From positions 2,930,244 through 2,993,990 of the forward strand of contig ML992501.1 in NCBI GenBank assembly GCA_010093995.1: a stretch of DNA of 63,747 nt, given 5' to 3'. Source of the DNA: Elsinoe ampelina (Eukaryota). Numbering within the stretch: position 1 is the first letter of the stretch; the number at the start of each line of letters is the position of its first letter. Both the position numbers and the translations under genes were made by a program. The notes beneath the pieces are model-generated. The model was not told the origin of the DNA, searched no databases, and was given only the letters and a program-made list of their open reading frames with translations. Below are positions 1 through 11,939 of the stretch, piece by piece.

Positions 1-3000
1 GTAGTAGCTTACTTAAGCCTATATAAGCCCTTTATAAGAATAATAAGCTTGTCCTATTTACTAGGAATTAGTATATCTTCTAGGTAGGAGATATAGTTCT
101 TAATATTAATGTCTAGTCTAAGGAATATAGTAACTGCATCTACTATTATAATAACCTAGTTATAATAAAGAGTATATACAAGGATTACTCTTCTAGTTTT
201 AGCTCTTAGTGTTAGTGTAAAGGTTCTAACAAAGTTAATACCTACTCTTTAAGTAAAGCCCCTTATAGTCTAATAAGCCTTATATCTTTTAACTTTGCTA
301 TTAGTAAGCCTCTTAGTCTTAAAGACCTATTTACCTGTTATTAGCCTAATACCTCTTAGTGCCTAAGATTTCTTAATAATTAAAAAGGTTTTAGAGTTAG
401 TTAGAGCCTTCTACTCTATCTCTATTATAGCTTACTAGTAATAACCTTTAGGAGAGAACAGTATATCTCTTACTATTTATAGGTCTAGCTTAAAATTAAC
501 AGCTATAGATCTAATAATCTTACTATTATTAAGTTTCTTATAATTAATCTAGCAATATATTCTAAGGGACCTTCTAATAGTTTCTTATAGTAAGAGAGAT
601 CTCTTCCTTTTACTAGTTAGAGGTTATATATTAAATAGTATAATAAGAAAGTTAATATCCTTATTCTATATATATATTAGTAGTTAATTAACATTAACTA
701 TAGGATTAAAGGTTAAATATAGTTCACTAATAACTTTAGGTAGTAGTATTATAAGGTCTTTACCTTTATAATTAGCAACATTAAGTTACTCCCCCTGTTT
801 ATTAATAGGTTAAGGATCTAGTTTAGGATATTAGTGTTACTTCTTCTATTCTTTAATAAGAGTAGATAATTGTTATTTATATCTAGGGATAGAAGGGTAG
901 TTAGATATTAGTTGTTTAACTTAAAGTTATTTAGCCTAAGTAGTTTATAGATTCTTATAACTAAAGAGTAGTTAGTTATAGCTATAGCCTTAATTATAAT
1001 TATTACTAAATGTCTACTCCCCTTAAAGCTATAAAGCCTTAGGTTGTTATACCTATAGGATATATAGCTATTTAATAACTTATATTACTTAGTCTTTATA
1101 GACTATATTCTTATTAAATGTTANNNNNNNNNNNNNNNNNNNNNNNNNNNNNNNNNNNNNNNNNNNNNNNNNNNNNNNNNNNNNNNNNNNNNNNNNNNNN
1201 NNNNNNNNNNNNNNNNNNNNNNNNNNNNNNNNNNNNNNNNNNNNNNNNNNNNNNNNNNNNNNNNNNNNNNNNNNNNNNNNNNNNNNNNNNNNNNNNNNNN
1301 NNNNNNNNNNNNNNNNNNNNNNNNNNNNNNNNNNNNNNNNNNNNNNNNNNNNNNNNNNNNNNNNNNNNNNNNNNNNNNNNNNNNNNNNNNNNNNNNNNNN
1401 NNNNNNNNNNNNNNNNNNNNNNNNNNNNNNNNNNNNNNNNNNNNNNNNNNNNNNNNNNNNNNNNNNNNNNNNNNNNNNNNNNNNNNNNNNNNNNNNNNNN
1501 NNNNNNNNNNNNNNNNNNNNNNNNNNNNNNNNNNNNNNNNNNNNNNNNNNNNNNNNNNNNNNNNNNNNNNNNNNNNNNNNNNNNNNNNNNNNNNNNNNNN
1601 NNNNNNNNNNNNNNNNNNNNNNNNNNNNNNNNNNNNNNNNNNNNNNNNNNNNNNNNNNNNNNNNNNNNNNNNNNNNNNNNNNNNNNNNNNNNNNNNNNNN
1701 NNNNNNNNNNNNNNNNNNNNNNNNNNNNNNNNNNNNNNNNNNNNNNNNNNNNNNNNNNNNNNNNNNNNNNNNNNNNNNNNNNNNNNNNNNNNNNNNNNNN
1801 NNNNNNNNNNNNNNNNNNNNNNNNNNNNNNNNNNNNNNNNNNNNNNNNNNNNNNNNNNNNNNNNNNNNNNNNNNNNNNNNNNNNNNNNNNNNNNNNNNNN
1901 NNNNNNNNNNNNNNNNNNNNNNNNNNNNNNNNNNNNNNNNNNNNNNNNNNNNNNNNNNNNNNNNNNNNNNNNNNNNNNNNNNNNNNNNNNNNNNNNNNNN
2001 NNNNNNNNNNNNNNNNNNNNNNNNNNNNNNNNNNNNNNNNNNNNNNNNNNNNNNNNNNNNNNNNNNNNNNNNNNNNNNNNNNNNNNNNNNNNNNNNNNNN
2101 NNNNNNNNNNNNNNACTTCTATATTAAGTAGCTTCTTTATACTAATAGCTTATTTAAATTTAAGAACACCTTTATATACCTTAATTGTTAAGAACTATAA
2201 CCTGTCTTTAATAAAGTGCCTTAACGCACTAGAGTTATAGATTACTCTATTCTTACTATAGGTTAAGGATAATAATATAGATACTACTACTGCCCTATAG
2301 ACTAGTATAATAATATTAATATTAGTGTTAGAGCATTTATCTAATTTACCTACCTTAGTAAGTTCTCTAGATTCTTTAATAGCTACTTAACCTTTAACTT
2401 TCTTAGTCTTTAACTTATTACCTTTACCTTTAGCCTTTATGCCTTTATTATTTAACCTGTCTTTGTTATTTCTTTTACTTTAACTCTTTAGTACTTTCTT
2501 AGGGTGCTACTTAAAGTAATCTATATTAGAGTAGACATAATAAGTNNNNNNNNNNNNNNNNNNNNNNNNNNNNNNNNNNNNNNNNNNNNNNNNNNNNNNN
2601 NNNNNNNNNNNNNNNNNNNNNNNNNNNNNNNNNNNNNNNNNNNNNNNNNNNNNNNNNNNNNNNNNNNNNNNNNNNNNNNNNNNNNNNNNNNNNNNNNNNN
2701 NNNNNNNNNNNNNNNNNNNNNNNNNNNNNNNNNNNNNNNNNNNNNNNNNNNNNNNNNNNNNNNNNNNNNNNNNNNNNNNNNNNNNNNNNNNNNNNNNNNN
2801 NNNNNNNNNNNNNNNNNNNNNNNNNNNNNNNNNNNNNNNNNNNNNNNNNNNNNNNNNNNNNNNNNNNNNNNNNNNNNNNNNNNNNNNNNNNNNNNNNNNN
2901 NNNNNNNNNNNNNNNNNNNNNNNNNNNNNNNNNNNNNNNNNNNNNNNNNNNNNNNNNNNNNNNNNNNNNNNNNNNNNNNNNNNNNNNNNNNNNNNNNNNN

Positions 3001-3563
3001 NNNNNNNNNNNNNNNNNNNNNNNNNTCTAGAAGTTTCTTTAAAGTCTTCTAAGTTATACTATAGTAAGGTCTAATAGATTTATAAATCCTTATTATAATA
3101 ATACTATAAGTAATTCTATTATTCTTATACCAGGTCTTATTCCTAACCTTATAGACTACCTTAGTACCTTTACTAGTATCTAGAGCTAGTTCTTTAGGCT
3201 TTATAACTACTAGTATCTAGTTAATGTTATAAATTACATATCTAAGTATATCCTTTTTAAGGAGGGCTACCTTAAGGGTTAATCTCTAAGCATTATAGTT
3301 GCTTTCTCTCTTAAGAATCTAAGTCTCGAGCATTTTTACTAATCTAGATATAATAATAGTAATTAGCTAAAGGCCTATTAATTTAATTAATATAATTAGC
3401 TTGTTTAAGCTGTTTAAACTGTTTAATTAAAGGGTTAATACGGGCTACTATAAGTGTTTATCTTAATGTAGCTAGTCTAGAATTTAGTGTAGGCGGCTTA
3501 GTAATCCTTTTAATAATAACACGCTTAATTTACTATAGCTTTAAGTGCTTTTGTAGAAGCGCC

Positions 3564-3575
3564 GGGCTTATAACC
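3564..3575 (-). other. Copia-type primer binding site (RIP-mutated GGTTATGAGCCC)
   Basis: Plus-strand gggcttataacc immediately abuts the LTR terminus tgtt at 3576. Confidence 0.7.
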
Positions 3576-3717
3576 TGTTATAACTAGCAAATCGGATCGA
3601 GAGACATATATTTCATTCAGAGAGTTACAATAACCGATTTATCTACTGTGCGTGCGCTGACTCATCAGTACCAGTTCTTCAGTACCAGAGAAGCTGTACC
3701 AGCCTTCCATTACAACA
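3576..3717 (-). repeat. 5' LTR (~142 bp) of the left copia element
   Basis: Bounded by TGTTATAA (3576) and TTACAACA (3710-3717), inverted termini TGTTGTAA with one RIP change; adjacent to the PBS. Confidence 0.6.
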
Positions 3718-3858
3718 CCTCCTTGCCTGATCATCGCCCGCTCCTGCATACCAACAGCAACTCCTCCAGTCGCCATCAGGAGCCTCACCCTGTCTCTCCC
3801 CTCCACATCCAACGTCAACCACAACCCACCTCATGCCCACCACCAGCATCACCACACC

Positions 3859-4689
3859 ATGATCTCCCGCGCCCTCACCCTCCTCTCAACCCCCATCATC
3901 CTCCTCCTCTCTATCCCCCTCACCCTCTTCGCCCTCCTCACCACCACCCTCGCCCTCCTCACCCTCCTCCTCCGCGTCTCCGTCATCTACCTCGAACTCC
4001 TCCTCGCCGTCCTCCAATCCTTCCTCCTCCCCTCCCCACCCCCAACAAAACCCCTCTCGCTCCGCCCCTCCTCCCCCCTCCTCCCCACCAACCAACCCCT
4101 CCACCACCACGCCCGCCGCCGCACCTCCTCCTCCTCCAGCGCAACCTCACTACACACCCCCAACCCCGGCCCGGGGCCCCAGCGCCTCACCAAACCCCCT
4201 TCCCTCGCCAGCCTCCTCGGCACCACCACCCCTCGCGACTACGAAAGCGTAGGCGGCTGGCGCCTCACCTCCGCCGACTCGGACGAAGAAGCCCTCTGGA
4301 CGGGCATCAACTCCCGCCTCGAACTGCCCGCGCTCACGGTGCCGAGTCCGGGCAACTTGACGCGGGACAACAACCACGGGGTTGCGGGCGGGGGCCGCTA
4401 CCACCATCGGAGTCTGACGGGGGGCAGTAGGAGGGGGAGCACGCGTGCCGGGACGGTGAGTGGGAATGGGAGTCCGGAGTTGGTCGCGCAGGGTGCCGGG
4501 GGGAGGAGGAGGGGGAAGGGGAGTGGGGCGGTGAGTCCGGAGGGGTATTTTTCTGGTCAAGGGGTGGTGGGGGTGGAAGGGGCGAGGGGGTTGGGGATGA
4601 CGAGTGCTGAGGGAGGGCAGGGGGGGAGGGGGACGAGGGAGGGGAGTAGAAGGGGGAGTGTGAGTTTGGTGAAGGTTAGGGGGGAGTGA
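3859..4689 (+). CDS. Hypothetical fungal protein, 276 aa, with an N-terminal hydrophobic/TM region and an S/P/G-rich tail
   Basis: Intronless ATG-TGA ORF; long hydrophobic N-terminus; a structured-looking segment RDYESVGGWR...ALWTGINSRLELP. Confidence 0.75.
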   Translation: MISRALTLLSTPIILLLSIPLTLFALLTTTLALLTLLLRVSVIYLELLLAVLQSFLLPSPPPTKPLSLRPSSPLLPTNQPLHHHARRRTSSSSSATSLHTPNPGPGPQRLTKPPSLASLLGTTTPRDYESVGGWRLTSADSDEEALWTGINSRLELPALTVPSPGNLTRDNNHGVAGGGRYHHRSLTGGSRRGSTRAGTVSGNGSPELVAQGAGGRRRGKGSGAVSPEGYFSGQGVVGVEGARGLGMTSAEGGQGGRGTREGSRRGSVSLVKVRGE

Positions 4690-5007
4690 GGCTCCGCTAT
4701 TGGGATTGAGCAAAAGAGGGGATCTGCATGTGGACTGGGAAAGGGAAAGATTCGGGATGTGGATGGGGAGGTGGGATGATACCCTTGTATGCTACTATGG
4801 CTGGCGCACAGGCTCGGAAAGGCAAAACGACCGGACCATTGGCTATATTGTACAACCTCATGTATCGGTATAGCAAGAGCCTACCAGCGCTCTCTGAATG
4901 AGATCTTCACCATCAGGTAGGTCCAGCCTGGTCCTCCCTTGCACCGTGACATGTACTACCGGTAGACCAATCCTTGCATCAGCCTCGCTCATCGCAGTGG
5001 TCCAAAT

Positions 5008-6030
5008 CTAACCTTCCTTCTCAAGCACCTCCTCCTTCCCGACCACCTCCTCCTTCCCATTCATCCCTTCCTTAATCGCACTCATCCGCCTCCTCTCCCT
5101 CCCCTCTCTCCTCAACCTCTCTTTCTTCCTGATAGCGAACCATGCGTACAGACACACTCCGATGGCAGTCAACAGCACACTACCAGCCACGAGGACCGCG
5201 CGCCAGGATTTATCCTGGTGGGCATTGTTCTGGTAGGTATTCGCGGCGGAGGGGTGGGTGGGACTGTCGGTGGCGGAGGGAGGTGGTGCCGGGGAGGACG
5301 GGGGCGGTGTGGCTGGTAGGGTTGGTTCGGTGGAAAGGCCGGCCTCGGGGAAGGAGAGGGTCGAGGAGAAGGGGGTCGAGGAGGGGGTCGAGGAGGGAGA
5401 GAGCGCTGGGGAGGGGGCTGGTAGGTATCAGATCTTGTGGGTCATGAGGCCAGAGGGCGAGAAGGGGACAGGGGAGGGAGGTCTGACGCTAATATCTCGA
5501 AGTTTTTGCAGGCATCAGAGCGCCATTCATGTGTTCAGGTATCATCGTGCAGGTTGGTAGGAAAAGGGGAGGGGGAACTTACGGTATGCTTCTGTGCTGT
5601 TGATGGTGATAGGACCTGAGGTAAGGGTACTGATTGCTGATAGGTTTTAGTTCAATTCACGAGGAGTCTGGCTGTCTTCGGGGAGGAGAGAGATATCAGA
5701 AGGACAAGATTGTGCGCATGAAGAAGGAATCACCCCATCTCTTTCACATAGACCAGGAAAAAGTCATCAGGTTCGGTACACCAGAAGGCAGGAGGAATAA
5801 GAAAGTAGGAAAGCAGACAACTCACCGCTCACACCACCCTCCTCCCTCCCGATGGTACCCAGCGTCGTCTGAATCACAACCACACTACCACCAACAGCAA
5901 CACTGGTAGTCATATCTCCAACCAGCATCGTAGTCGTCGGGACACTGGCGTTGCTAAACGCAGGCACGTCTCTAGCCCGGTAGTACCTAGCTCGATGGCG
6001 CATGGCGTGACGGTGGTGGTGGAGTGCCAT
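5008..6030 (-). CDS. S/T/P-rich single-pass membrane protein, 3 exons (6030-5826, 5636-5583, 5417-5008)
   Basis: GTGAGT and GTAAGT donors with CAG acceptors join the three exons in one frame: MALHHH...SG/AISTLTSGPITINSTEAY/PPSP...AVLVAGSVLLTAIGVCLYAWFAIRKK; the TM segment is followed by a basic stop-transfer. Confidence 0.65.
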
Positions 6031-6834
6031 ATTGCGAGACGAGTTATGTGGAAAGCTAGCGACAAGGTGAGGTTGTGCTTGGTGCGGGCTGGTGGTATTC
6101 AAGGCGATGTGCTGATGCTGCTGCCAGCAAGAGAGAGGTATGAAGAAGGAATGGACGCCGACGGACGGCGATGAGGAGGTATGCTTAGTATGGAGAGAGG
6201 GGGGAGGAGCGTGGAAGGAGGAAGAGGTAGGAGAAGAAGAATCTGCAATGCGTTGGCAGAAAAAGAGATGTGAGTGGCATGTGAAGATGGTCTTGAAGTG
6301 GATGCCAAGACTGATATCAGGGGCGGGATGGTCCATCCGGGCAACGTCACGTCATGAGAGCACAACCAGACCTTCGCAGACATCGAGTAGAGTACACAGG
6401 ACTAACACTGGTAGTCAACATATCTCTCATTCACCATCACTATCAAGCTATGAGCCATGTTCATATCCTTTCCTCGCTCGTCGCCGAGCGACTTCTCCTG
6501 GTCTTATCGAAACAACGACAAACTTCAATCGTGGGATCGTGAAGGCGGCCTGGAAAGGCAAGAATCGAACGTGGCCGCGAATCATAATGCCTTCAGTGTC
6601 GTGGGAAAGGACCTTTGTCCTTCAAAGAGCAAACCGTATTGGTATTTCCATCGTCTTTCGCTGCATGTGTGAATCGTATCGTACTTGCTTGTTGGAATTC
6701 AAAAACCGGCGTCATAGTATACAGAAAAGCATCTGTTTGGAGACTCGCCAGGGGCCTCTTTCGTTTCTTGGATCAGAGCTTGCTCGATGTCGATTGTGGC
6801 GATGTAATCGGCGGGAAGCAGTCCTCCACTTCGT

Positions 6835-9800
6835 CTAGTCGAAAATCACTTCGCGGTAATCCAGCAAGGCGCGGACGACATCCCTCTGAGACTGCATGTC
6901 GGTCATCTCACGCTCGATAGAGGTGGGGCGCATGATGGTAGGAGCAAAGACGACTGCAAGGTTCAAAGGCGTCATCTGGGAATCATTAGCAATTATTAAA
7001 CCAATCAGGAACGGATAGCATACCAAGTTCAACGACTCCTTCTCAACCACCTTTGCCAGATGTGTCGCCAAATACTCCAGAACGCCGCGATGGACTGGCG
7101 GCAAATTACCAAGAGCGGCCTTGAGTGCAATACCTCTCATGTCCTCCGGGACCGCAGCAGCCTCCAGCACACTCTCATACACATCGTACGTGATGAGCGG
7201 GTTCGGCAACTTGCGGAAATACTGCTTCAAGCAGCTCGTAACGGCGTGAATATCCAGATCCGGGTCGGAGATGTCGTAAGTGCCTTCCTTCTCAAAGCTG
7301 GCCTGAACCTGCTTGACCTGTCCAGCACCACCAGATTTGCGGTAGATACCCTCAGCGTCGATACCGCGAGCTTCGACCTCAGCGATGCACCTCGACACAA
7401 TGGTCGGGATGACGTTCCTTTCGTAATCGCAACGGGCGACGAGATCAGAACCAAAGAGCACTACAGAACGGTCAGCATAAAAGGACATTTTCTTCGCAAT
7501 GCGACTGCGCCTACTCGAAGGATCATTCCCTCCGAGCAAGTTGGAACTGCTGCTGTTCTTCAGCGTGGTGCCAATCTGCCCGGGCTTCAGGCCATTCTTC
7601 TGACTGGAGAAGAAACCGAGACCACTACGTCCAGAGTCGATACTTTGACCTGTTTTCATGGAGCTGTTCTCGGTTGTAGCGCCGGACATGGCTTGTGGTG
7701 GACCGATTGGCATGCCGTTTAGGTCGTACTGCCCGTCTTTGACGAATGCGCCTTTCATGCCACGGGTAATATTCTTGGCCACGTCACGACCGCCCTTCTT
7801 CCAGTTGAAGCGTTTCGGCTGGCCTTTGCGGATGTTGACAACTTGTGGAGCCGTCAGGATGTGAGCTTCGCCGACTTCGTGATGATCGTTGTGCTGAAGC
7901 GAAGTCATCGACCCAATATCATTGCCGATACTAGGCTGAGATCCAGCGCGCAAGTCGATCATGCTATTGCCATTCGGAACCCTGTTCGCCTTGTACATTT
8001 CCTGAATATTATGGACGAGCTGTCCGTTGAGTTCGTTCAGCTGTGCATTCTTGCTTGACAGACTCTCAAACTCCTGCAGGCCCTTATCCTTGACCTGAAT
8101 GAGATTTGCAATATCGTCAGTGAGCTCGTTGCGCTTGTGCACGAGATCTTCAATCTGGGCGGCGATGTTATCCTTGAGACGATTGAGTGAGTGCGCAAAG
8201 TCTTGCATAATATCAGACTTGAGCCCGGAAATGTCAAGGGGCTGGTTAGTATCTTTTGCTCTGGTTAGATGTTCCGTCATGACTTCCAGTTCACGGACGA
8301 CCATTTCGCGCTGCGTGTCGAGGAACGCCATGGTGGATCGCTTCTGCTGCAGCTCATTGTTGACATGCTTGAGCTCGCCAGAACTGTTCATCGTCTCCTG
8401 CAGCCCCATCTTCTCGCTCTCAAGCTCGGCAATGCGTTGTTGAGCGCGGCGTAGGTGTGCACGTAATGAGTCCACATCGTCTCTGACGTTGGGTGAGGCA
8501 GGATTGCTGGGGTTGAGCGGACTACTGATCTCGAGATGTGTAGTCGATGTTGGTGTGCGTTGCGCGAGTGGGACTGCTCGGTCGCTGAAGCTGCGTCCAT
8601 GGCGGACAGCATTGCTCACGCGGCGCAATACCGAAGAAGCCGACTCGCCAGCCGTGCTATCCTTTCGTCCAATAATACGGGACATTTCCTCGTCCATCGA
8701 AAAGTCTGCACCCAAGCTAGGTTTATGGAAATGACCACGTGAAGGTGAGACAGGATCGTTGCTGGTGAAGGAGGTGACAGACTCATTGCGGCGTTCGTGG
8801 CCAGTCACGGGTGGAGCTGGTGGTGCTGCCCTCGGCGCAATGAAATCGCCATTCGCCACAGACTTGCTTGGCGCACTTGGTCGACCAGCCGCGCGAGGTG
8901 GTATATCCATGGTCGGTCTCGATGGTGAGTCCAAGCTTCGACCATTCGTACGTGGAGTGGATGTTGAGACCTCATAGTTGGAGCCTGACATTGATGCCGA
9001 TGACGGCGAGCGCATATGTCCGGCGTAGCTGTTCGTTGATGCGGTAGCTTCCGAGCCTGATCGATCGGGTCCAGTGGACACTGGCTTGCGACCCGAAGCG
9101 GTGAGGGAGTCGCCACGAGCGGGATGTCGATTGTGCGCCTCTTGCAACTTGGGATCATCGAACGGATTGACGCCAGAATCAGGAGTCGGAATATCCTTTT
9201 GCGCTGGGGACATGCCCGAAGCGTCGCGAGATTGGGGGTAGCTGGGCTTTGTCTCGTATGGCTGCTCATTATCGCGCGAGGTCTCCAATTTCTCGGACCG
9301 CAGTGAGCCTTTGCGTGTCCTCGGAGCATCCTGCAGCTTGAAGCCTTCTGGTTGACCCAAGGAGAATGATGTCGAACTTGCTTGCTGTATCTGTGGTCGC
9401 TGCTGTACATGTTGCGGTGTGTTTGTGACCGAGGAGTTATCCTCGGGTACCTCTTTGCGACGGGTGCTTGACCTCCCTTTGTCCTGTTGCGCAATATGCG
9501 GACTCGTTGGTTTGTCCCTCTCGGCAGACTGCGATCTCGAGGATGGTCCTTCGCGCAAGACCTCTCGGTGATTCGATTTCGAGCTTCCTCTTGCGTTGAA
9601 ATAATCGCGCTGGTTGTTCACCTCTTTCGCCTTTGGTGTCTCGGTGTCGATTCTTTCAGACTTGCGATTGGCATGGGAACTGAGAGCAGTTGGCGGGGTT
9701 GGGTCGAAAGCCATTGGTAAGAAGCCGCGAGAGTCGTCATCAATGTCGGATGCGGCTGCTGATGAGACGCTGGAAATGCGGCCTTCGCGGTATGTGCTGG

Positions 9801-10655
9801 CGGGTAAGGTGAGGTTTTCTAAACAGTGGTCAGTCAATCCAGGCAACCTCTTTCTTGTAAAGGACTCACCTTTCTGCTTGTCATCCGGCGAGACCTCACG
9901 ACGACTTGTGTGCGACTCTGCTCCGAATCTTGCTGGTTGTGTAGATTTTGGTGACTTCTCGTCGTCGAAGCCATTGGGCTCGAAAGTTGCCGGTGGGTTC
10001 GCATTCGGAGGAAGGGCGGGCAAGCTCTTATCAAGCACCACCGGTCCAGTGCCCGTCCCTGGTGTTGAAGCCTTTGATGATTTTCCTTTCTTTCGTCTTC
10101 TCTCCATAAGACTCTCGTGACATCGCATACAGAATATTCCTTGACTAGTTCGCGCGTATCTCAGATTCTCAATCTTGCGTTTGCAATTGCGACACCTGAA
10201 ACAGGCAGCGCAAAAAGCTTGGTCACCGGTGAGAATTGCGAGGTCTTCGATCTTGTTGCCGCAAGCGTTGCAGCTGTAGGTGCAGTTGTTGCATATTAAG
10301 GAACCATCTCCAAGCAGGAGTAGGTTGGCGTCGGAGTCGAGAAGGGTGCCGCAGGTGTTACAACGGAAGCAATCAATGTGCCATCTGTTCCCAGCTGATT
10401 TCATGTCAGAAATGGTTCGCTTTCTCTTTCAATTATGAGGCAGTCGGTGACGTAGGGTATTTGCTGTGCAAGTCGTCGACATACCAAGTTCGAAAGCCTT
10501 GCCCTCTTCAAGGATCTGTGAGCAAATGTCAGGATATGCGCCAAATGTATGTGAGTATGTGTTCTCACCTCTCCACATCCTTTGCAAGGATAAACCGCAT
10601 CGCTATCCTCCATTGGCGACTCGGGATAGCTCGCCGGTGATTCGACGGCAGCCAT
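6835..10655 (-). CDS. RGA1: LIM-domain Rho GTPase-activating protein (Rga1/Rga2 family), multi-exon
   Basis: Two N-terminal LIM domains (CKGCGE...WHIDCFRCNTC; CNAC...CFRCRNC), a coiled coil, and a C-terminal RhoGAP domain (EGIYRKSG, LKQYFRKLPNPL, NLAVVFAPT). Two 5' introns plus introns at 9819-9869, 7461-7514 and 6976-7023. Confidence 0.93.
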
Positions 10656-11939
10656 GTTGGTGAAGACAGGTGGGTGCGCGTTCGATATGATGAAACGATT
10701 GTGGTGACGTGATGATCAGTGTCGTTTGCGCATGCGACAGTCTATCTGTGTCTGGTTCTTGTCGTGCTATCTGATGGTGACGAATTAGCCCTTGTCCGCA
10801 TACAGCGCTTCAATTCGAGCAGCTGCAAAGGTCCAGCAGCAGCAGCAGTCGCAGGGTCGTTGACATGGCCAGACGGAGCGAATGTGAGGTGAGGTGAAGT
10901 TGCGTGGGTGAGTTTGTTGGAGCACGACCTGCGTGGAAATGAGGTTAGAGGGTTTGTGGTGTATAGAGTGGGTGACAGAGTTCGTGATGTCGCTCTGCCG
11001 GAGAAGGGTCCGTGGGAGGAAGTCAAAAGTGTGTGAAGTGAAGTGAAGTTGAGTGCCAGTCGGAGTGAAGTGACGGGAGAGGTGGATCCTCCACTAAGTT
11101 TGATCTGAAACCACCACTATAATTTCACCACAGAGGCACAAGGATCAGAGGGCCCAGGCGAGATGCTCAGAGACTTTTCCCTTGAGCTGTTCTGGTGGTC
11201 ACTAGTTCAATGTGATGATGGGACCTTTGTCGCTACATCATAATAATCAAATTGCTATCGAGCATGATGCATCCCCATACTTCAACGGGCCTGAGCAAAC
11301 CGCGTGAAACTCTAGCACGGACTTGCTACGACAGCTGGTCTAAAAATCCATCTCAGACATGTCTGCGTCCTGCGCACGCGATGGTCACTTCAATTGCTGG
11401 GTCTCTGTCTAGCGATCCCTCGATATGAGACAGCCGCCACCGTACCAGCGATTAGGCGGAGAGCCTCCGACCGAAATAATTGCTGACTTTTGCACGAGTC
11501 GATAAGCAGGGTATAGTCGATCTGGCCTCGATGAAGAAATTAATATGGCTGTCTCGCCGAACAGTCTGCTATTCTTTCAGGAACAGGATCATCTCGCACA
11601 AAAGACCGTCGCCGACGGATGGGAGCTTTGGCTTTTGGACACCAATGAATGGGAGCTCTCCAGATTGGCGGCTTTTGATCTGCGCATGGCAAAGGTGAGC
11701 TTGGTGAGGGGCAGTCACATTTTCGGTGGCACGGCTGGCTTGATTTCTATCAGTGGGGGACGATTCGGTATGCGTAGACGGTACGAACGAATTCGTTGAT
11801 GATTTCTGCAATAGCTAGCTAACATGTCATATCTGACCGGAGGGGTATCTAAATATTTCAACGACTCCTGTGGTTATGCTTCCTGTGCTCCTGGTAGTAT
11901 ACAGCCTCTGTGGTGAAGCGAAGCAAATGCGAAACGACT

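Larger units (their letters stand above)
1..3717 (-). mobile_element. RIP-degraded Ty1/copia LTR retrotransposon, 5' part (LTR, PBS and internal region running toward base 1; interrupted by N gaps at 1124-2114 and 2546-3025)
   Basis: Very AT-rich, with excess TpA and depleted CpA/TpG (RIP signature). The minus strand reads ...TTATAACA|GGTTATAAGCCC, the copia LTR-end/PBS junction (GGTTATGAGCCC) with one RIP G>A change. Continuity across the gaps is assumed. Confidence 0.75.

Noticed and set aside
1118..3052. ORFs 1118-2131 and 2504-3052 in the supplied track
   Set aside because: Artefacts of N runs (assembly gaps).
3648..4713. Pro/His-rich and Gly/Glu-rich overlapping ORFs (also at 15137-15823, 20602-21099, 28638-29261, 58391-59213)
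   Set aside because: Shadow frames produced by the C/G skew of real genes; no family motifs.
11028..11075. GAAGT short repeats upstream of the RhoGAP gene, and the poly-G run at 21604-21620
   Set aside because: Ordinary low-complexity promoter or intron tracts; no spacer structure, not CRISPR-like.
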